Assembly: GCA_948432605.1 (NCBI GenBank)
Contig: CAOJCV010000001.1
Coordinates: 1-48,373, forward strand
Source: an uncultured Mycoplasmatota bacterium
GTDB taxonomy: Bacteria; Bacillota_I; Bacilli_A; RF39; UBA660
Direction of reading: 5' to 3'
DNA: 48,373 nucleotides
The notes beneath the pieces were generated by a model. The model was not told the DNA's origin, did not search any database, and saw nothing but the letters and a program-made list of their open reading frames with translations. Positions 42,252-48,373 of the stretch are shown piece after piece. A program made the position numbers and the translations under genes. The stretch's first letter is position 1. Each line of letters starts with the position of its first letter.

Positions 42252-42371
42252 TTATTGGAATTCTTTTTTTAAATAATAATTATCGTTTTCTATTTCAACT
42301 ATATAAACGCAATCTTTTCTTTTATACCAAACAATTCTTTTATTATTCCTAATAATATCTTTTATAATCAT
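42252..42371 (-). CDS. Small ORF (39 codons) with a strong RBS
   Basis: TAGGGGGA RBS 7 nt before the ATG at 42371. MIIKDIIRNNKRIVWYKRKDCVYIVEIENDNYYLKKEFQ. Confidence 0.3.
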   Translation of the reverse strand: MIIKDIIRNNKRIVWYKRKDCVYIVEIENDNYYLKKEFQ

Positions 42372-42427
42372 AGGATATTCCCCCTAAAGCTTCAAATAGA
42401 TTATTTCGTTTTTTTTTAACAAGTCAA

Positions 42428-42450
42428 GAAAAAAAACACCTTTGTGGTGT
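42428..42450 (-). terminator. Rho-independent terminator after hpf
   Basis: Minus strand ACACC-ACAAA-GGTGT followed by T8. Confidence 0.7.
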
Positions 42451-42977
42451 TATTCTGCATCAATGATACCATAAGTACCATCTTTTCTTTTATAAACTAC
42501 AGATATTTTGTTTTCTTCCTTTGCATTTTTAAAAATATAAAAATCATGATCTACTAATTCCATTTGAAGAACAGCTTCTTCTTCATCCATTGGCTTTAAT
42601 TCTAATGTTTTTCTTTTTGCTATAGTTGATAGTTCTTCTTCTTTTTCTTCTTGTAATATCATTTCATATTGTAAAATATCTTTGAATCTTTTTTTCATTT
42701 TTGATTTATATTTTCTAATTTGTCTTTCTAGTTTATCCATACTTAAGTCTAATGCTGCATATAATTCTTCATGAGAGGTTTCTGTTCTTAATGTAAATTT
42801 TGGTGTAGGTATCGTTATTTCGATAATTTCCTCTTTATTTCTTGAACGCACTACTACATAAGCTTTAATCTCTTCTGGATTTTCAAAATATGCATCTAGT
42901 TTTCCAAGTTTACTCTCGATGTGATTTCTGATTCCTTCTGTTACTTTTAATTTGTCTCCACGTATATCTATTCTCAT
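42450..42977 (-). CDS. hpf: Ribosome hibernation promoting factor, long form (YvyD type)
   Basis: 175 aa with an S30AE N-domain (MRIDIRGDKLKVTEGIR..IE.KLGKLD.YF) and a C-terminal dimerisation domain (...VVYKRKDGTYGIIDAE). Confidence 0.9.
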   Translation of the reverse strand: MRIDIRGDKLKVTEGIRNHIESKLGKLDAYFENPEEIKAYVVVRSRNKEEIIEITIPTPKFTLRTETSHEELYAALDLSMDKLERQIRKYKSKMKKRFKDILQYEMILQEEKEEELSTIAKRKTLELKPMDEEEAVLQMELVDHDFYIFKNAKEENKISVVYKRKDGTYGIIDAE

Positions 42978-43051
42978 GTTATCACCTTCCTAGTATTAGT
43001 ATAACAAATTTTCATGAAAAAAACTACCAATTTTGGTAGATTTCTTCTCTA

Positions 43052-43267
43052 TTAGTTAACGGCATATTCGATTTCTTCAACATCAATAGCTTGTAAACCT
43101 TTAGCAGTTTCAATTAATTTAAAATCAACTTTGTTACCTTCTTTTAATGTTTTGTAACCATCTTTACGAATAGCAGAATAATGGACGAATATATCTTCAA
43201 GATCACCATATTCTATAAATCCATATCCTTTCGTATTGTTGAACCATTTAACAGTCCCTCTAATCAT
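43052..43267 (-). CDS. Cold-shock protein (CspA family)
   Basis: [15 protein letters not shown] (RNP1) and IFVHYSAI (RNP2). GGAAGGGAG RBS 8 nt before the ATG at 43267. Confidence 0.9.
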   Translation of the reverse strand: MIRGTVKWFNNTKGYGFIEYGDLEDIFVHYSAIRKDGYKTLKEGNKVDFKLIETAKGLQAIDVEEIEYAVN

Positions 43268-43552
43268 AAAAGTCACTCCCTTCCTATTACTCTAAATCGT
43301 CGTATTTTAAAAATATCCTGGCGCCAACTACAATTGGAATATATTCAAAACACGACAAACAGAATTTTATCATAGATTTACTTTTACGAACCCTAAAATG
43401 CATCAAATGCCCACTTTTTTGCTTCAAATTATCTTTTATGTAGATTACTTTCATTTTTTCGGAGTTTTAATCCACAAATTAAACTATTGATTCTAACTAA
43501 AAATTTTTATGTTTTTTTTCTGATAAACTTTGTGTCGTGAGGGGATGATGTA

Positions 43553-44158
43553 GTGAAATTTAAGTTTATTCAAGCTTCTCTAAATCTTATAAAAGAGAAA
43601 AGAGAAATAACAGCGCTTGAAGAAAAGAAACTTAAATATGGATTGGAAGGCTTTTATAACGTTGCAACAAAGACTGTTGTATTTCTAGCATTAGCTATTG
43701 TACTTGATATAGTACCAGAATATTTCATGCTTATATTTGTTTACTCTACTTTAAGGCTGTACGGTTTTGGTATTCATATGAAAACTAGTTTTCAATGTTG
43801 GATGACGTCTTTACCAATGTATATTGGTGGTTGTTTTCTTATAAAACATGTAGTTTTTCCAGATATTATTTTGTTTATTATGTGGGCTTTTGGTTTTATA
43901 TCATTTTTATTATTTGCTCCAGCTGATACCCCATCTAGACCACTGATTTACAAAAAGAAAAGGGTTAGAGCTAAAATTTTATCCATATTAATTCTTTCAA
44001 TTTATCTTGGTGTTTATTTAAACTCAACTAGCTCTATTACACATAACTTAATTGTTTATGGGATATTTATGGAATCTATTGCTATTAATCCAATTGTTTA
44101 TAAATTATTTCATACCTCATTTAATAATTATAGGCAGTACGAACAAAATATGGTTTAA
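43553..44158 (+). CDS. agrB: AgrB-type accessory gene regulator protein (AIP-processing membrane peptidase)
   Basis: 201 aa with polytopic, AgrB-like features (...LRLYGFGIHM..., PADTPSRPL). GTG start after a GAGGGGA RBS. Followed by an AgrD-like ORF. Confidence 0.8.
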   Translation: MKFKFIQASLNLIKEKREITALEEKKLKYGLEGFYNVATKTVVFLALAIVLDIVPEYFMLIFVYSTLRLYGFGIHMKTSFQCWMTSLPMYIGGCFLIKHVVFPDIILFIMWAFGFISFLLFAPADTPSRPLIYKKKRVRAKILSILILSIYLGVYLNSTSSITHNLIVYGIFMESIAINPIVYKLFHTSFNNYRQYEQNMV

Positions 44159-44209
44159 ATTATTAAATATATATTTAAACAAAATAAAGATATGAAAGGG
44201 TGTGTACTA

Positions 44210-44323
44210 ATGTTTTTAGCAAATATTTTATCAGGAGTTGCAAATCTTTTTGCAAAATCAGTTTCTTCTGCTTGCTGGTGCTTTTTCTTCGATGAACCAA
44301 AAGCTGATTTAGACATTATGTAA
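44210..44323 (+). CDS. agrD: AgrD-like autoinducing peptide precursor (37 aa), absent from the ORF track
   Basis: MFLANILSGVANLFAKSVSSACWCFFFDEPKADLDIM: amphipathic N-terminal helix, a Cys-containing hydrophobic core, and an acidic DEP..D tail. GAAAGGG RBS. An alternative in-frame ATG lies at 44192. Confidence 0.7.
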   Translation: MFLANILSGVANLFAKSVSSACWCFFFDEPKADLDIM

Positions 44324-44326
44324 TTT

Positions 44327-44347
44327 AGACTATTATAGTCTTTTTTT
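44327..44347 (+). terminator. Short hairpin terminator after agrD
   Basis: AGACTA-TTA-TAGTCT followed by T6-7. Lies between convergent operons. Confidence 0.5.
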
Positions 44348-44362
44348 CATAAAAAAAGAAGC

Positions 44363-45643
44363 CTATTTTGTTTCTTGATTAGCCTTCTTTTTTATTTCCA
44401 AAAAATTTATAAATCTATTATTTTTAATACTTGTTGTTATTGTTAGATTTTTTCTTCCAATTAAAGAAAATAAGCCAAATCCATGACCTTTTTCTTTTGT
44501 AGTGTATTGGACTGTTCCTAATTTGTCTAATTCAATATCACCAGAAAAAGTATTTATAACTTTTATAGTAACTTTATCATTTGTTTCATTAAACTCTAAA
44601 TAAAATAACTTTTCTTGACTATTTTTACTTGCTTCTAATGCATTGTCTAAAGTAACACCTAAAGCTTCACAAAATAAATTATAATTTCTTGATCCGACAG
44701 AATCTAAAATGTTATTTTTTATTTTGTTCGTTACTGAAATATCTAAATTTTCGTCTTGATATTTATACAATTTTTCGAAGACAAACCCGTTGATACCTAA
44801 TGGCATTGCATTTACGTCATGCTTAATAAAAAAGGAAGAATTGTAATCCAGAATCATTTCATCAATAAGTTGTTTTGCTTCATCGTTTGAAACAGTCTTG
44901 ACTCCCATTAATTTACTTTCCAAGTTATGTTTCAATACACGATATTGTGTAATAACTTTTCGATTAACTATGTCATTTTTCTCTAAAATTTCATTCGTTT
45001 TTTTAAATAAAATTAATTGATATTTCATAGTAATAAATGATATGATTACTACCAAAATTGCAAATCCTGCAATCAATAAAATCGTTACAACAAACTTGTC
45101 TCCCAAATTTTCTGAACTCATGAAACCTAGAAACAAATAAGTCATTACTATTAAAGTAATATGATTCATACTTAATTTTAAATTCAAAACTTTATTATAA
45201 ATATTGTTTATTAAACGAATCATTATTTTTGAATTTGCTAATGCAAATAATGTAGCTGACATAGTAAATGAACCTATAGTTTTACAAATTTGTACATTTC
45301 TTTCATAAAACTCTATTAATTCAAATTGGTTCACTGCCATCATTACACATATATCCCATAATAAATTTATAATCCAGAAAATTGCACTATAATTTATTGA
45401 CTCTTTTGATTTACAATTATATATACTTTTGAAAATATATGAAAAGTAAAATATAGTTATTAATGGCATAATAATTTTAAAATCGAAATACACTAATATA
45501 ATTTGTAGTGCAGCAAATAAAAAGCCTAGAAAAATGTGAATTAACTTTATTTTCCTTTTCTTTTTTATTAATTTTTCAAACAAAAATATTTCTGAAATTT
45601 GAAATACTAAAATTGAAACAAAATCTAGTATTAGATTAATCAT
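44363..45643 (-). CDS. AgrC-like (HPK10) membrane sensor histidine kinase
   Basis: About 6 N-terminal TM helices, a candidate phospho-His region (VLKHNLESKL), an N-box (DNALEAS) and a G-box (GHGFGL). Confidence 0.75.
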   Translation of the reverse strand: MINLILDFVSILVFQISEIFLFEKLIKKKRKIKLIHIFLGFLFAALQIILVYFDFKIIMPLITIFYFSYIFKSIYNCKSKESINYSAIFWIINLLWDICVMMAVNQFELIEFYERNVQICKTIGSFTMSATLFALANSKIMIRLINNIYNKVLNLKLSMNHITLIVMTYLFLGFMSSENLGDKFVVTILLIAGFAILVVIISFITMKYQLILFKKTNEILEKNDIVNRKVITQYRVLKHNLESKLMGVKTVSNDEAKQLIDEMILDYNSSFFIKHDVNAMPLGINGFVFEKLYKYQDENLDISVTNKIKNNILDSVGSRNYNLFCEALGVTLDNALEASKNSQEKLFYLEFNETNDKVTIKVINTFSGDIELDKLGTVQYTTKEKGHGFGLFSLIGRKNLTITTSIKNNRFINFLEIKKKANQETK

Positions 45644-46347
45644 TCTTCAATATCCTTTCTAAATTTCTTAGAAAGCAAATCTACTTTTATTCCATTATCT
45701 AATATGAAATAGCCTTTTGAATAATTTCTCTCAGCCATTCGTGTTTTATTTGCTATACAACTTTTATGAGTCTGGACAAATCTTGAATCTAGATTTTTTA
45801 ATAGCTCTGTTAAGGAATATCCTACTTTAAATTGAACTTCTTCTGTATGTATTATTGATTTTCTTTCTTCTTTATCTCTTGTTATGTACAAAATATTTTT
45901 CATATATATTTCTAACTCTACAAATTTTCCACTTAGTTTTAATACTCCACTATCTATTTTCTTATTGAATATTTTTTGTATATCGTTTTCTAATCTTTGC
46001 TCCATATCATCAAATTTTTCTATAAAGTCAAATACATCTAATATTTTTCGATGGGCACTTTCAAATAACTGATCATGCTTTGTTACAAATATGATTTCAC
46101 TATCCCAATCTTTCTCTCTTATTTTATCGGCTATTTCTAATCCACTTATTGAATCTTCTAATTCAATATCCATTATATATACTTTTCTATATAATTCGGT
46201 ATCAATCTCTTTTTGGAGTTCTTTACAATATTTACTAAAGTATTGTACTTCTAAATTTTGATTATTTTTTATTGAAAGTTTTCTTAATATTTGTTTAAAT
46301 GTGTCTTGTACTAACTTCCCATCCTCCACGATAATGAATTTCATCAT
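45640..46347 (-). CDS. LytTR-family (AgrA-like) response regulator, copy 1
   Basis: Receiver domain (IIVEDG...YIMDIEL...IIFVTKHD) plus a C-terminal LytTR DNA-binding domain (ILYITRD...FVQTHKSCIAN). Its stop overlaps the kinase start (ATGA). Confidence 0.85.
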   Translation of the reverse strand: MMKFIIVEDGKLVQDTFKQILRKLSIKNNQNLEVQYFSKYCKELQKEIDTELYRKVYIMDIELEDSISGLEIADKIREKDWDSEIIFVTKHDQLFESAHRKILDVFDFIEKFDDMEQRLENDIQKIFNKKIDSGVLKLSGKFVELEIYMKNILYITRDKEERKSIIHTEEVQFKVGYSLTELLKNLDSRFVQTHKSCIANKTRMAERNYSKGYFILDNGIKVDLLSKKFRKDIEE

Positions 46348-46386
46348 TTCTTTTCTCACACTCTCCCTATTTATTTACTGAAAGTA

Positions 46387-46395
46387 ATTATATCA
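46387..46395 (-). promoter_or_regulatory. Extended -10 element (TGATATAAT) upstream of response-regulator copy 1; an identical element lies at 47226-47234 upstream of copy 2
   Basis: Minus-strand TGnTATAAT about 40 nt upstream of each start. The -35 is weak. Confidence 0.45.
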
Positions 46396-46472
46396 TAGTT
46401 TTTTATAAAAAAGAAATACCTTTTTTAGGTATTCTTTTTATTATGAGCGCGTGATTATGTTATATTTTTATT

Positions 46473-47186
46473 TTATGTAACTTTTTCTATTTCCTTTCTA
46501 AATTTCTTAGAAAGCAAATCTACTTTTATTCCATTATCTAATATGAAATAGCCTTTTGAATAATTTCTCTCAGCCATTCGTGTTTTATTTGCTATACAAC
46601 TTTTATGAGTCTGGACAAATCTTGAATCTAGATTTTTTAATAGCTCTGTTAAGGAATATCCTACTTTAAATTGAACTTCTTCTGTATGTATTATTGATTT
46701 TCTTTCTTCTTTATCTCTTGTTATGTACAAAATATTTTTCATATATATTTCTAACTCTACAAATTTTCCACTTAGTTTTAATACTCCACTATCTATTTTC
46801 TTATTGAATATTTTTTGTATATCGTTTTCTAATCTTTGCTCCATATCATCAAATTTTTCTATAAAGTCAAATACATCTAATATTTTTCGATGGGCACTTT
46901 CAAATAACTGATCATGCTTTGTTACAAATATGATTTCACTATCCCAATCTTTCTCTCTTATTTTATCGGCTATTTCTAATCCACTTATTGAATCTTCTAA
47001 TTCAATATCCATTATATATACTTTTCTATATAATTCGGTATCAATCTCTTTTTGGAGTTCTTTACAATATTTACTAAAGTATTGTACTTCTAAATTTTGA
47101 TTATTTTTTATTGAAAGTTTTCTTAATATTTGTTTAAATGTGTCTTGTACTAACTTCCCATCCTCCACGATAATGAATTTCATCAT
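46473..47186 (-). CDS. LytTR-family (AgrA-like) response regulator, copy 2
   Basis: Identical to copy 1 except for the last few residues (KEIEKVT versus KDIEE). Confidence 0.85.
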   Translation of the reverse strand: MMKFIIVEDGKLVQDTFKQILRKLSIKNNQNLEVQYFSKYCKELQKEIDTELYRKVYIMDIELEDSISGLEIADKIREKDWDSEIIFVTKHDQLFESAHRKILDVFDFIEKFDDMEQRLENDIQKIFNKKIDSGVLKLSGKFVELEIYMKNILYITRDKEERKSIIHTEEVQFKVGYSLTELLKNLDSRFVQTHKSCIANKTRMAERNYSKGYFILDNGIKVDLLSKKFRKEIEKVT

Positions 47187-47261
47187 TTCTTTTCTCACAC
47201 TCTCCCTATTTATTTACTGAAAGTAATTATATCATAGTTTTTTATAAAAAAGAAATACTTT

Positions 47262-47840
47262 TTAGGGTATTTCTTTTTCTAAAAGATATGTGCTTGCATT
47301 ATTAAAATAAAAGATTTTTCTATTTTCTAATTCTTTAATAATTGTTATTATTTCTTTGTTACTTCCTAAAAAATAATAACGATATTTTTCTGAATTGTTT
47401 TCTAATAAAGCTTTTATTATTTGTTTTAGTGATTTAAAAAACATTGTTGGAACATAATTTTTTTCTATTTTGTTATTTTTCTTTTTTAATATTGTAAAGT
47501 AATTATCATGAATATTTATTATGATTTGATTTTTTTTTAAATTAAACAATGTACTTTCTTTTACATATGAAATAATTTTTATTCCATTATTTTTTAAAAT
47601 ACTTGTTAGTATTTGTTTGTCTATTTCTTCGTAATGGATGGGTAGGATAATCTTAATTTTTTTAGAATAAATTAATGTACTCCACTTTTCTTTTTTTATT
47701 AATTTAATTAATTCTTCTTCAAAAAGTGGTATGTTTTTTATTTTTCCATATTTCATTGCTTTTTTTGAAATTGTGTATTCTTTAATTTCTTCTTTCTCCA
47801 TATATTGGATTTTATTTTCGTATAAGTATAATGTTATCAT
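47262..47840 (-). CDS. Hypothetical protein
   Basis: 192-aa Lys/Ile-rich ORF upstream of the response-regulator genes. No motif recognised. Confidence 0.4.
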   Translation of the reverse strand: MITLYLYENKIQYMEKEEIKEYTISKKAMKYGKIKNIPLFEEELIKLIKKEKWSTLIYSKKIKIILPIHYEEIDKQILTSILKNNGIKIISYVKESTLFNLKKNQIIINIHDNYFTILKKKNNKIEKNYVPTMFFKSLKQIIKALLENNSEKYRYYFLGSNKEIITIIKELENRKIFYFNNASTYLLEKEIP

Positions 47841-47863
47841 TTTTAAAAAAATCCCTTGTGGGA

Positions 47864-48367
47864 TTAATTTAATTCGTTAATGTCTTTTTCAAATATTGTA
47901 TTAGGATTTACTAGTATTCCATCCATATATACTTCAAAAAGAAGAGTTTGTGGTTTTTCAGTTTGTAATTTTGTTTCACCTGATTTTGCAATGATATCTC
48001 CCATTTTTACTGTATCCCCAACATTTACTTTTGTTTCACCATGTGTGTAATAAATTGTAGTCATTTTAGTAGTATTTTCAACTGTTATGACATTTCCTAG
48101 TATTTCATCTTGTTTTATATCTTTTATTTTTCCATTCATTATAGCAACACAATCGAATTCTTCATCACTTTCGTAAAGAATTCCTGTATTAGGCATATAA
48201 GTATTTTCATAAAAAATTAAAGCTTTTGATTGATTTTCTGCTTCATCATCTTTATTATAAAATTCTCTTGCAACTGTAACTTTTTCACTGGTAAAAGGTT
48301 TTGTAACTTTTATAGTATTTTCATTTTCTTCGCTTGGTTTATCCTCTGATTCATTAAACACACTCAT
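47864..48367 (-). CDS. LytM/M23-domain protein with degenerate active site (SpoIIQ-like); may extend beyond the window
   Basis: M23 scaffold GNVITVEN...TIYYTHGE...VGDTVKMGDIIAKSG...LLFEVYMDG, with the usual catalytic His positions replaced. No stop codon between the first Met and the window edge. Confidence 0.55.
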   Translation of the reverse strand: MSVFNESEDKPSEENENTIKVTKPFTSEKVTVAREFYNKDDEAENQSKALIFYENTYMPNTGILYESDEEFDCVAIMNGKIKDIKQDEILGNVITVENTTKMTTIYYTHGETKVNVGDTVKMGDIIAKSGETKLQTEKPQTLLFEVYMDGILVNPNTIFEKDINELN

Positions 48368-48373
48368 AGTATA

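Larger units (their letters stand above)
45653..47258. repeat. Tandem direct duplication: 45653-46419 equals 46492-47258 (767 bp, period 839 bp)
   Basis: Compared line by line at a constant offset of 839; no mismatch or indel was seen. The 72-nt junction 46420-46491 is unique. Confidence 0.9.

Noticed and set aside
43440-43552. LytTR (AgrA-type) direct-repeat binding boxes upstream of agrB. AAACTATTG / TAACTAAAA looked vaguely repeated.
   Set aside because: The two half-sites share too few positions, and I could not verify a 12-13 nt spacing with confidence. This is not reportable without a motif search or footprint.
45653-47258. The 839-bp periodic repeat as an insertion sequence or transposon.
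   Set aside because: The unit encodes only a response regulator and its promoter. It has no transposase or inverted termini, and the copies are head-to-tail, which indicates a tandem duplication.

Overview
Low-GC (by eye about 25-30% GC) Bacillota-type chromosomal segment, possibly an Erysipelotrichia- or Clostridia-like spore former; I cannot name the taxon from sequence alone. Almost all genes are on the minus strand. The housekeeping backbone is tsaC/sua5, clpC, asnB, lysS with a T-box leader, ligA, pcrA, secA, hpf and a cold-shock protein. Accessory content falls into five groups. (1) A decayed integrative island sits at the 3' end of secA (about 34.7-38.4 kb). It is bracketed by a duplicated secA tail plus intergenic region plus KilA-N module, and contains a broken tyrosine integrase and a truncated RhuM gene. 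Next to it is cargo: Fic, a DUF3419-like protein, and a tight MazG-like / GIY-YIG-DUF2075 / GyrI-like operon, which is my best candidate for an undescribed defence-type system. (2) An agr-type quorum-sensing locus has an unlisted 37-codon AgrD-like ORF and a perfect 767-bp tandem duplication of the LytTR response-regulator gene. (3) An 11-nt poly-C/G tract lies in the putative promoter spacer of an exported surface protein, suggesting phase variation. (4) An SPL-type radical SAM gene is translationally coupled to an unknown protein. (5) There is a sensor with a degenerate GGDEF domain, and a decayed gene between hpf and secA. I saw no rRNA, tRNA or CRISPR array. All product calls rest on motifs read from the ORF translations; no database search was possible.
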